Positions 25,330 to 35,678 of a stretch of DNA of 64,000 nt are shown piece after piece; position 1 is the first letter of the stretch, and the number at the start of each line of letters is the position of its first letter. Below the pieces are notes generated by a model. It saw only the letters and a list, made by a program, of their open reading frames with translations, was not told the DNA's origin and ran no database searches. The position numbers and the translations under genes were made by a program. Source of the stretch: Haliotis rufescens (lineage: Eukaryota); contig NW_025964360.1 in NCBI RefSeq assembly GCF_023055435.1, forward strand, positions 496,001-560,000. Direction: 5' to 3'.

Positions 25330-25680
25330 TTATTTTATTGAGGACGAATATCATTTTGTGCTTATATGCAATGCTTATAGTGATTTAAGAGCTGAATATA
25401 GTCCTCCTAAATATTTTACAACCCCTTCTAAAAATAAATTTAATGCTCTTATGTCATCCACTAACTCTAAAATCATACGAAATCTAGCAGTCTACGTTAA
25501 CAAAGCTTTTCGACTTCGTTCATTGCATACAGTCTTAATATTTATTTGTATATATGAATGTGTATGGATATGGATATATATGTAAAATAGTGGTAATTCT
25601 TTTTTCTCCCTCTCTCTTTAAATAGTTCTGTGTAATAGGCCTACGGCCTAACACTTTTTTTGGGATAAACAATATGTAAA
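25330..25680 (+). mobile_element. 3' end fragment of a CR1/L2-group LINE
   Basis: IEDEYHFVLICNAYSDLRAEY matches the C-terminal motif of the LINE at 42432-45295 (IENEYHFTLECEYYNDIR). Confidence 0.65.
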
Positions 25681-25813
25681 AGGTCCCTATTCTCCTGGTG
25701 GGTATATATTTGATATTTTCCAGCCCTGCTAGCAGTTTAAATTGCTCATTCATGACTATATCCCCAGTTGAAATGTATACGTTCCTGAAGCGGAGTCCTG
25801 CGTGTCACAAGTA

Positions 25814-25988
25814 CAGTAAACTACGGTTATAACGAACTCAAAGGGACTACTATTTTTAGTTCGTTATAACCGTAGTTCGTTATAAGCATATATACAGCAT
25901 AACCACAGCAAATAGTCGGGACTAAAAAGTAGGTTCGTTATATCCATCAGTTCGTTATAAGCGTGTTCGTTATAACCGTAGTTTACTG
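25814..25988. mobile_element. MITE, 175-bp family, TA TSD
   Basis: Perfect TIRs; inverted relative to 4216-4390. Confidence 0.9.
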
Positions 25989-26382
25989 TATCAGACACAC
26001 GACCGGGTGTGTGGGCTCCCACCCACGTCACTTTACTGGTTGAGCGGGACAAACCCACACAAAACAGGTCAAGGGTGAATGCACTTCTAACTCTCCGTCT
26101 CTTACCTGACATAAGCTAACCTGAACAACAGGATATAATTTTTTAATGTGAGGTTTACACGATATACGGCTTTTCGATTGGATGAGAGGCCGGTCACATG
26201 AGTGTATGAACCAAACAATTTGACGTTCATACGTTTTTCACGAGACTGTGTTCTTGAAATGACGTAAACACTGACGGACTACTTCACATTCCTTGGTGGG
26301 CCCCTGGGAATTTCCAAGCACGAATACACACAGAAACGTTGTTTCTGATCATTTAGACCCTTTAATATTTAACATACATTGA

Positions 26383-26550
26383 GAGTGAGTGAGTATGGTT
26401 TTACGCCGCTTTTAGCAATATTCCAGCAATATCACGGCGGGGGACACTAGAAATGGGCTTCACACATTGTACCCATGTCGGGAAACGAACCCGGGTCTTC
26501 GGCGTGACGAGCGAGCGAACGCTTTCACCACTAGGCTACGCGACCGCCCG
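26383..26550 (-). mobile_element. SINE family B
   Basis: Homology; flanked by catacaKtgaga direct repeat. Confidence 0.85.
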
Positions 26551-27027
26551 CATACAGTGAGAAACGTCAGAGAGTTTGACTGCGTGATCGTTCACGAATA
26601 TCCTCGCTACGACCCGTCCTTGTGAACAAAACGAAGAAGAGCGGAAGGTCGGTGGTTCGATTCCCGGCCGCGTTATACCAAAAGACGTTTAAATATGGTA
26701 CTTGTTGTTACCTGCCTGGTGGATGCACCTCGCTATATAAGTGCAATAATCTTTAACGCGACGTTAAAGACCATTTCAAGTCACATTGTTGAGGAGATAA
26801 TCATTCTGTGTTTTCAACGTGGAGGTAGGTTATATGTAGCTTTAACAACGCTTAATTCCATTATGAACCGAACGTTTAGCGTAATAACCTTTTTACACTT
26901 CGCATTAACTTTTATATGCCATCTACTCCTCGTTGTGGGAATATTACACCTGACGAACAACACATGTTTACACTTCAACATTTAGCAGAGGTGGGGTGAA
27001 TGGGGTTAACGTCGCGATCAAAATTAA

Positions 27028-27313
27028 NNNNNNNNNNNNNNNNNNNNNNNNNNNNNNNNNNNNNNNNNNNNNNNNNNNNNNNNNNNNNNNNNNNNNNNNN
27101 NNNNNNNNNNNNNNNNNNNNNNNNNNNNNNNNNNNNNNNNNNNNNNNNNNNNNNNNNNNNNNNNNNNNNNNNNNNNNNNNNNNNNNNNNNNNNNNNNNNN
27201 NNNNNNNNNNNNNNNNNNNNNNNNNNNNNNNNNNNNNNNNNNNNNNNNNNNNNNNNNNNNNNNNNNNNNNNNNNNNNNNNNNNNNNNNNNNNNNNNNNNN
27301 NNNNNNNNNNNNN
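27028..27313. other. Assembly gap (N run)
   Basis: Direct inspection. Confidence 1.
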
Positions 27314-27989
27314 GACTAATACCGCTTGTATGGTACTTGCCTACTAATATACAATGCACCAGTATAACATCGCTGAGTGAGTGTCGGGTGCTACCGAAAG
27401 AGCAGGATATGCTTACCCTTTTCCCGAACACCTGGTATCATCACTGAATTTCAGTGATCCATTTTTACTGCCTTTTACGCCAAAACAAATCTATTTCGGC
27501 AGATAATCGAGACTGGTTTTTCTCTGCCGTTGACTTAAACATATTTGAATAAGTTCGCAGTGTAGCCACATGTTGAACAGCATTTGTCATATTCTCCGCA
27601 GCTCTTGGTTTTCTTTACCCTAATTTCTAGTACTCTAACTGGCGGTTAATGTACAACCGTGTTCGTCTGTGTATTATTTACGTCCTTTCAAAAACCGATG
27701 TAACCGCAGTAAAATACATACCTCAACAACACCTGCGGTAAATATCCACACACATTCTTCACTTGCCTTCCACGCCTTCGAATGGACATTCAGGTCACAG
27801 TGATGTCTGCCGCCCGACGTGATGTCGCCTGAAGCATTGCTGTACGTGTCGTTACACCAACTTACCTTCACCGTCTCTTTCAGGAACACAGCGTGAGCCT
27901 TAGTTACAAGGTCGACCTGTTTATACACTTAGTCTTTGGAGGCGGTGCGCCCTTAGACGTGCTGGGATTTTAGATTTTCCAACATAATT

Positions 27990-28640
27990 GCATTGGGCAA
28001 TTATCATTTTGGTCACTGATGCGCCCAATTTGGAAATGTGCTCCACATGTCTACCATATAACCTTTTGAAAGATTTACTGAGGCCTTGAATATTGTAACC
28101 TTCATCAAACAACGTTTGCCCAAGGGTCGTACGACGCACTTTGAAATCGTAGAAACGTTGTGAGACAGCAAGGGCTGGAACAGTAGGAACATCAGGAACA
28201 TCAGGAACAGCAAGAACAACAGGAACAGCAAGAACATCAGCAACAGCAGGAACAGCAGGAATAGCAAGAACGTCAGGAACAGCAGGAACAACAAGAACAA
28301 CAGAAACAGCAGGAAAAGCAGGAATATTGCTCGACATTAAGGGAACGTTGACCATAGGATAATTGAAATCATCCCTCTTGTCCTACAGTCTGGTGGAGAA
28401 TTTTTGTCACTCTGATTCTTTTGGCATCTATCTCAATATGAAACAGACGAGGCGGTTTCACTGGTCAGATTTATTGCTTGTTCAGGTGGGTAATTCAGTG
28501 GGTGAAACACATCAGCAAGAAGGGAAGCATAACATCTACACATAGATGTTGTCAATGGGGAAATCCAGCATTTCATTATTAACACCCATTTCACCTCATT
28601 CCACCTCTCCTTACAGAAAGCACAACCGTAGTAAACTTGG
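27990..28640 (-). mobile_element. Degraded Penelope-like RT fragment interrupted by a 9-bp repeat expansion (aggaacagc, 28175-28325)
   Basis: Translation STRL*DKRDDFNYPMVNVPLMSSNIPA...SKSFKRLYGRH matches the LYDKRDDFNFPIVNFPFLSSNIP motif of invertebrate PLE-type RTs. Confidence 0.6.
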
Positions 28641-28736
28641 AGAAAGCCTTCCTACATTAAGCCTAGTTCAACAGTACTCACTCATTCACTCAAAACATAC
28701 ACTTGTTTATGTTAAATTAAAGTTCGCATGAAAGAG

Positions 28737-29249
28737 ACAGTTCGAGCCAGCTTAAGTTTAACGTGTCGACAGTTCGAACCAGTTTACGTTTAGCGTGTTG
28801 ACAGTTCGAACCAGTTTGCGTTTAGCGTGTTGACAGTTCGAGCCAGCTTACGTTTAGCGTGTTGACAGTTCGAACCAGTTTACGTTTAGCGTGTTGACAG
28901 TTCGAACCAGTTTACGTTTAGCGTGTTGACAGTTCGAACCAGTTTACGTTTAGCGTGTTGACAGTTCGAACCAGTTTACGTTTAGCGTGTTGACAGTTCG
29001 AACCAGTTTACGTTTAGCGTGTTGACAGTTCGAACCAGCTTTCGTTTAGCGTGTCGACAGTAACGAAAACCCAATTTCTTCCATAAAAGTGGGGGTAACA
29101 AATAAAATGCTACACTCGTTCTCGTAAGATACTATATACTTTTACGAAAAGCGTGAACTTTTTGTGGTATCTTAAGAGAACAAGTGCAGTCTCATTGTAC
29201 AGTAAACTACGTTTAAAACGAACACGCTTATAACGAAAAGACGGATATA
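28737..29249. repeat. Copy of the 32-bp minisatellite plus its unique flank and a partial MITE, duplicated from about 22900-23442
   Basis: 29060-29249 aligns with 23254-23442. Confidence 0.85.
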
Positions 29250-29547
29250 CTTGGAGAACGGCTTCCAACATTAAGCTGATACGCAGTGCTATAACCGACT
29301 AAACAGCTCAAAGACTAGTTCAACAGCACTCACTTATTCACTCAAAACATACACTTGTTGACGTTAAATTAAAGTTCGCATGAAAGAGACCCTGCTGTTT
29401 GATAAGACCTCAGTTATCTTATCTCTTCCGAAATAACGTTAACATAACACTTCAATGGCGTATGTGGTGTTTACTCATTGAGGTGGGAATAATGCATCTG
29501 GTGCCGACAAACAGGATCTATTGTGTTGTTTACATTCTTCTAGACGG

Positions 29548-29627
29548 TATAAATATGACTTGATAGATGCCTTTCATACTACATTCAAACTCCTATTCAA
29601 CTAAACACGTCACAAGACAAGGTAAGT
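29548..29627 (+). promoter_or_regulatory. TATA box (29548-29555), Inr-like TCATACT, non-coding exon 1 and donor (AAG|GTAAGT at 29622) of HExxH gene copy 1
   Basis: The same block is conserved upstream of copies 2 and 4. The matching acceptor tttttatttacAG (30704-30705) lies 4 nt before the ATG. Confidence 0.75.
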
Positions 29628-29968
29628 TGTGACAATTATCCACTCCAGTGGCTGTTTATTTAGATGGTTTGAATCGCAGATTAGCCTCGATAATGTTTTT
29701 GGGTTGTCAGCACCATAAACGAGCTCCTGGGTTTCACAAGTAGGACATAAATCTGAAATTCTGTTCAAAGCACGTTAAACCAAACTCACTCACTCACTCA
29801 CTCACTCACTCACTCACTCACTCACTCACTCTATTGCGTTGAGATCATATTCAAGTATATATTTCATTTCTCGCCATTTCTAATGCGACTTTTAATGTAC
29901 AACATTGTTTTGCTTTGCGGTATTCACGTTCGTTTTTTAACCATAGTAAAGACCTTGACATAGAACTG

Positions 29969-30143
29969 GAGTGAGTGAGTGAATATGGTTTTACGAAGCC
30001 ATGAGGAATATTCCAGCAATATCACGGGGGGGGGGGGGGACACAAGAAATGGGCTTCATACATTGTACCAATGTGCAAATTCGAACCCGTGCCTTCAGCG
30101 TGACGTTCTAACGCTTTAACCACCAGGCTACCCGACTGCCCCT
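29969..30143 (-). mobile_element. SINE family B in the intron of copy 1 (shared with copy 2 at about 38695-38865)
   Basis: Homology and identical flanks. Confidence 0.8.
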
Positions 30144-30240
30144 GATAGAACGGCAAACCTCTTGAATATTTGCATCCAATATCTACATTCTTTACATGAC
30201 TTCTACACCTTCAATTGTATATCACGGTTATACCAGTGTC

Positions 30241-30648
30241 AGGGGGCACGGGTGGCCCAGTCATCTAAGGCTTCACTGTGCAGAGTTGCGTCCCTTGGGC
30301 ACGCCAGAAACCTATGATTGTGGGTTCGAATCCCGGTTCGCCCCGATTATGTTTCTAGGTTTCTAGTGAGTGAGTGAGTGAGTTGGGTTTAACTCCGCTT
30401 TTAACAGTATTCCAGTTATATCACGGCGCGTCAGCTTAATGTGGGAGGAAAGCCCGAAGTGATGCAGGTCTCAGACGTATACCACTTCGGTGAAACCCAC
30501 GAGCACGGGTATGGTGCTGACAAACCTAGAAACATAATTGGGGCAAACCGGGATTCGAAACCACAATCATAGGTTTCTGGCGTGCCCAAGGGACGCAACT
30601 CTGCATAGCGAATCGCGGCGCCTTAGATGACTGGGCCACCCTTGCCCC
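30241..30648. mobile_element. SINE family D (tRNA-like head, V-domain-like body): partial plus-strand copy (30241-30363) abutting a full minus-strand copy (30365-30648)
   Basis: Inverted arms of about 120 bp; homology to 35402-35678, 39548-39818, 47910-48190 and 50555-50820. Confidence 0.8.
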
Positions 30649-30709
30649 CTTCCTATGAAGCTAAATTGGTATAAAATAACTGAACGTTTGCCTTTTTATT
30701 TACAGAAGC

Positions 30710-32950
30710 ATGACCCTGCTGCCCCTGATGTACCTCTCAATGATGCTCACGACCTGTTGCTTCACACAGAACACTGTCAAGCAGATAAAGGAAAACATGA
30801 AATCCTATGCCAAGGGCTATGTTATCCAATACTATGCGCCTTATGTTAACACACAACCTGATGAGCATAAAATGAAGCTCTTGAAACACCTAGAGGACAA
30901 CCTGCTACTAATTACCAGTACGGAGGACAAGGAGATCGATGGGATGGACACACTGGTAAAGGGAAGAAGTAAAGTTTCCACAGACGTTGAAGATAATCTT
31001 GGTCCTAAAATCAGAAGTTTGTCTGCAAAGATTGACAGTAACGATGGCTTGCTTGTCTCCAATCCACAGAATTTGATGAGGGCAGTTTCCCGAGATGTAG
31101 AGGACAGTTTGGAACATAAGATCAGGAGTCTGTCCAATAAGGTTGACAGTAACGATGGCTTGCTTGTCTCCAATCCACAGAATTTGATGAGAGCAGTTTC
31201 CAGAGATGTAGAGAACAGTTTGGAACATAAGATCAGGAGTCTGTCCAATAAGGTTGACAGTAACGATGGCTTGCTTGTCTCCAATCCACAGAATTTGATG
31301 AGAGCAGTTTCCAGAGATGTAGAGAACAGTTTGGAACATAAGATCAGAAGCTTGTCTGCAAAGGTTGACAGTAACGATGGCTTGCTTGTCTCCAATCCAC
31401 AGAATTTGATGAGAGCAATTTCCCGAGATGTGGAGAACAGTCTGGAACATAAGATCAGGAGTCTGTCGAATAAGGTTGACAGTAACGATGGCTTGCTTGT
31501 CTCCAATCCACAGAATTTGATGAGAGCAGTTTCCAGAGATGTAGAGAACAGTTTGGAACATAAGATCAGAAGTTTGTCTGCAAAGGTTGACAGTAACGAT
31601 GGCTTGCTTGTCTCCAATCCACAGAATTTGATGAGAGCAGTTTCCCGAGATGTAGAGAACAGTTTGGAACATAAGATCAGAAGTTTGTCTGCAAAGGTTG
31701 ACAGTAACAATGGCTTGCTTGTCTCCAATCCACAGAATTTGATGAGGGCAGTTTCCAGAGATGTAGAGAACAGTCTCACAGACGTCATTGAAGCGATCAT
31801 CGATCAGCTACACAAAAATATGACTAGCGATGCCCAACTGTATAATGTTTTGAAAGAAGCATTGTTGTCATGGTTTCAATATCATGCTGAACACGATGAT
31901 ATGCAACTTCACAACCTTGACTTGGAGAATCTGATTAATTGGCTGACACTTGTGCACAACTCAAGGAGAAACGTCAGCAAAGAAGAGGAATCCTTTTACA
32001 CACACTGGAACACATCCCTGCCTATCTTGAGAGATACTTTGTCGTTCGCCGATACCGTCAAACCATTGTCAACATACGTATCCCTTTCTCTGATAGGCTT
32101 GACAGATAGCTTCATGAATCTCTACTGGCCTTTCCGTCGTGACATCAACCTAATGAACCAAAGATTAGCAGTCAAGGGTTTCAGGGGCACAGACGTGAGT
32201 GAAAATGATGCTAAGAAAGCGTTCTTTGACGAAATCAGAAAAATTCAGCCGATTCATCTCCCTGTGAAGAAAAATGAAATTGTACTCATCTTTGATGATG
32301 AGGACATAGCAGATTGGTTGAACGTCACAGGAGTTATGTCCCTTTCACCAGCCTACATGGCTTCTAAGAAACACATATTCACTGGGGAAGAGCAAAAGAA
32401 GATATCGACCACTGCACATGCCGCTCTCAGGATGATCAACAACACTCATCCTGAACTCTTTGACGCAATGACACAGATGATATCCTGCATTGCTTTCTAC
32501 AAACAAGAACACAAGGTTAACTTAGCTGGAGGAGTTCGCTCTGCCCTTGGTATGTTCTGGATGGACCCGAGTGTTGGGAGAGAATGGAGCGTTCCCTTCA
32601 TGGCGGAGCAAATAGTCCACGAGTACACCCACAACTCACTCAACTATGCAGAATTTGTCCATGGAACCTACAACGATAAATCGTCGTTGGGAAAGGCTGA
32701 GGTGAAATCGGCAATTCGTCTGGTTCCTCGACCCTACGACAAATCCCTGCATGCAGCTTACGTGTCAGCGGGACTTGTAACCTTTCATTCCAGGACTGGC
32801 TATCTGGAAAGAGCTGCACAGCTGCTGGAAACTCTTCCCCAAGCCGTGCGTGATCTGGCAACTGTGGAGGCAGAGAAGCATGTGTTGGATGGGTCCGGCA
32901 GGGCAATAGTCAAGTTCCTCACTGACTACATGTACCTCACAAGACTCTGA
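30710..32950 (+). CDS. Secreted repeat-containing protein with C-terminal alpha-KG-HExxH (peptide beta-hydroxylase-like) domain, copy 1 (746 aa, 7 x 37-aa repeats)
   Basis: Hydrophobic N-terminus MTLLPLMYLSMMLTTCCFT. Repeats at 30977-31777. GGVRSALGMFWMDP...AEQIVHEYTHNSL (HEYTH at 32618-32632)...SAIRLVPRPYDKSLHAAYV. Acceptor before the ATG; AATAAA at 32983. Confidence 0.85.
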   Translation: MTLLPLMYLSMMLTTCCFTQNTVKQIKENMKSYAKGYVIQYYAPYVNTQPDEHKMKLLKHLEDNLLLITSTEDKEIDGMDTLVKGRSKVSTDVEDNLGPKIRSLSAKIDSNDGLLVSNPQNLMRAVSRDVEDSLEHKIRSLSNKVDSNDGLLVSNPQNLMRAVSRDVENSLEHKIRSLSNKVDSNDGLLVSNPQNLMRAVSRDVENSLEHKIRSLSAKVDSNDGLLVSNPQNLMRAISRDVENSLEHKIRSLSNKVDSNDGLLVSNPQNLMRAVSRDVENSLEHKIRSLSAKVDSNDGLLVSNPQNLMRAVSRDVENSLEHKIRSLSAKVDSNNGLLVSNPQNLMRAVSRDVENSLTDVIEAIIDQLHKNMTSDAQLYNVLKEALLSWFQYHAEHDDMQLHNLDLENLINWLTLVHNSRRNVSKEEESFYTHWNTSLPILRDTLSFADTVKPLSTYVSLSLIGLTDSFMNLYWPFRRDINLMNQRLAVKGFRGTDVSENDAKKAFFDEIRKIQPIHLPVKKNEIVLIFDDEDIADWLNVTGVMSLSPAYMASKKHIFTGEEQKKISTTAHAALRMINNTHPELFDAMTQMISCIAFYKQEHKVNLAGGVRSALGMFWMDPSVGREWSVPFMAEQIVHEYTHNSLNYAEFVHGTYNDKSSLGKAEVKSAIRLVPRPYDKSLHAAYVSAGLVTFHSRTGYLERAAQLLETLPQAVRDLATVEAEKHVLDGSGRAIVKFLTDYMYLTRL
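30977..31777 (+). repeat. Coding 111-bp tandem repeat, 7 units (SRDVENSLEHKIRSLSNKVDSNDGLLVSNPQNLMRAV)
   Basis: Direct inspection of the ORF. Confidence 0.95.
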
Positions 32951-33494
32951 ATGTTCCATGCTGATTTTATATAAACTTTTTCAATAAACGGTTGCCAACT
33001 ATAATAGTTTTTACATTGATGTGCTTTTTGTGCAAGACAATTCAGATGTCAGAAGGTGTTCTCACATCCACACTGAACACGAACACGTTTTACTAAATGT
33101 CTGCTGTCCACTAGATATCTTGTCAATCGATGGTGCTGACTAAATGATACTTGAGTCAGTATATCATAGCTGTTCATTAATATCCCAGTCAATGGTACCC
33201 TAACTATTAAGCACTGGTCAGTGACATCACATTAACCCTCAAAAGTAATTAAATACCAACAGATTGGACAGTGGCATTTTTTCATCTTACAATTCAGATC
33301 CTCCAAGGGAAGAAAAGCTTCCTCAATTTTGAGCTGGTCAGTGGTTTCACCAGACCAACCAGGTCATGTGCACAGTGCACAATTTTAATGCACATGTCAA
33401 GAGAATCAATTGAGCACAGGTATCAGAAGCTATTAAGGATCAGAGTGAATAACACCACATCAAATCAGCCACCCTTGTCAGTTATGACCTTATG

Positions 33495-35020
33495 TATAAC
33501 TTATAACCTCCAATATACCCTGTAATGTTACACACCTTCTACACTGTGTAACGTGTCACTTCCAATATATGCTGTGATTTTACACTTCTTATAAGTATGT
33601 AACGTCACGCCTTCAATATACCTCTTGATGTTACACTTCTTATAAGTGTGTAATGTGTCACTTCCAAAATACCTCTTGATGTTACACTTCTTCTACACGG
33701 TGTAGCGTGTCACCTCCAATGTACCATGTGATGTTACACCTCTTCTACACTGTGTAACGAGACGCCTCCAATATACCGTGTGATGTTACACCACTTCTAC
33801 ACTGCATAACGTGTCACCTCCAATATGCCCACTGATGTTACACTTCTTATAACTGTGTAACGTTTCACCTCCGATATATACTGTGAGGTTACACCTCTTC
33901 TACAATGTGTAACGTTTCACCTCCGATATATACTGTGAGGTTACACCTCTTCTACACTGTGGAACGAGACACCTCCAATATACCCTGTGATGTTAACTTC
34001 TTCTATACTGTGTAACGTTTCATCTCCAATATACCGTTTGATGTTGCAACACTTCTATACTGTGTAACGTGTCATCTCAAATATACGGTGTAAGGTTACA
34101 CCTCTTCTACACTGTGTAACGTGTCACCTTCAATATACCCTTTGAGGTTACACCTCTTCTACACTGTGTAACGTGTCACCTTCAATATACCGTGTGAGGT
34201 TACACCTCTTCTACACTGTGTAACGTGTCACCTTCAATATACCGTGTGAGGTTACACCTCTTCTACACTGTGTAACGTGTCACCTTCAATATACCGTGTG
34301 AGGTTACACCTCTTCTACACTGTGTAACGTGTCACCTTCAATATACCGTGTGATGTTACACCTCTTTTACACTGTGTAACGTGTCACCTCCGATATACCG
34401 TGTGAGGTTACACCTTTTCTACACTGTGGAACGTGTCACCTTCAATATTAACTTTCAGGTTACACCTCTTCTACACTGTGGAACGTGTCACCTTCAATAT
34501 ACCGTGTGATGTTACACCTCTTCTACACCGTGGAACGTGTCACCTCCAATATACCGTGTGAGGTTACACCTCTTCTACATTGTGGAACGTGTCACCTCCA
34601 ATATACCGTGCGAGGTTACACCTCTTCTACACTGTGTAACGTGTCACCTCCAATATACCGTGTGAGGTTACACCTCTTTTACACTGGGTAACGTGTTACC
34701 TCCGATATATCGTGTGAGGTTACACCTCTTCTACACTGTGTAACGTGTCACCTCGAATATACCGTGTGAGGTTACACCTCTTCTACACTGTGTAACATGA
34801 CACCTCCAATATACCGTCTGATGTTACTTTTCTTATAACTATGTAACGTGTCACCTCAATTATACTTTGTGATGTTACACCTCTTATATACTGTATAACG
34901 TGACACCTCCAATATACTTTGTGATGTTACATTTCTCATAACTGTGTAACGTGACGCCTTCAATTTTACCTCTTGATGTTACACCTCTTTAACAGGGTGT
35001 TCGTGACACCTCCAATATAC
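33495..35020. repeat. 52-bp satellite type I (gtgaggttacacctcttctacactgtgtaacgtgtcaccttcaatataccgt) downstream of copy 1
   Basis: Period 52, made of two related 26-bp halves. Confidence 0.9.
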
Positions 35021-35401
35021 TGGATAAAGAGACACCTCGAATGTTTTTTAACACGTTACATGTAGCACGACACTATATCGAGTAAAGTTACACCTACAAC
35101 ACGCTAGATAATGGTACACCTTCAATAAACTGGGTACGGTTCAACCGCCAAAGTCTTGGTAACTTTAAATAGTTTGTGTATTGTGTTATGCGGAACCTCC
35201 AAAACACCTTGTTACGTTACACCTCTAATGTCTACTTGGTAACTTGTGTTGAACATCTCATATACTGGGTAATGTGAAACCTGATTTATACCTTGTGATG
35301 TTGAATATATAATATCCTGGATAATGTAAAAACCTCATTCCTACCTTATCACGTAGAACATCTAATATACTGGGTAATGTGAAACCTCATTTATACCTTG
35401 T

Positions 35402-35678
35402 AAATGAGTGAGTTGGGTTTAACTCCGCTTTTAACAGTATGCCAGCTATACCACGGCGTGTCAACTTTATGTGAGAGGAAAGCCCGAATTGATGCAGGTC
35501 TCAGACGTCTACCACTTCGGTGAAACCCACGAGCACGGGTACGGTGCTGACAAACCTGGATACATAATTGGGGCGAACCGGGATTCGAACCCACAATCAT
35601 AGGTTTTTGGCGTGTCCAAGGGACGCAACTCTGCACAGCTAATCGCGGCGCCTTAGACGACAGGGCCATCCGTGCCCC
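35402..35678 (-). mobile_element. SINE family D, TSD ttataccttgt
   Basis: Direct repeats at 35391-35401 and 35679-35689. Confidence 0.9.

Noticed and set aside
26996-27431. ORFs spanning the N run
   Set aside because: Artefacts of the assembly gap.
30841-31800. Long antisense ORFs over the coding repeats (also 40010-41080, 48382-48714, 59652-60141)
   Set aside because: Shadow frames of the in-frame tandem repeat; no independent gene signals.
32618-32632. HEYTH as a zinc metalloprotease active site
   Set aside because: There is no metzincin HExxHxxGxxH extension. The downstream RxxxRP-x5-H-AAYV fits the alpha-KG-HExxH family better. Not fully excluded without a structure search.
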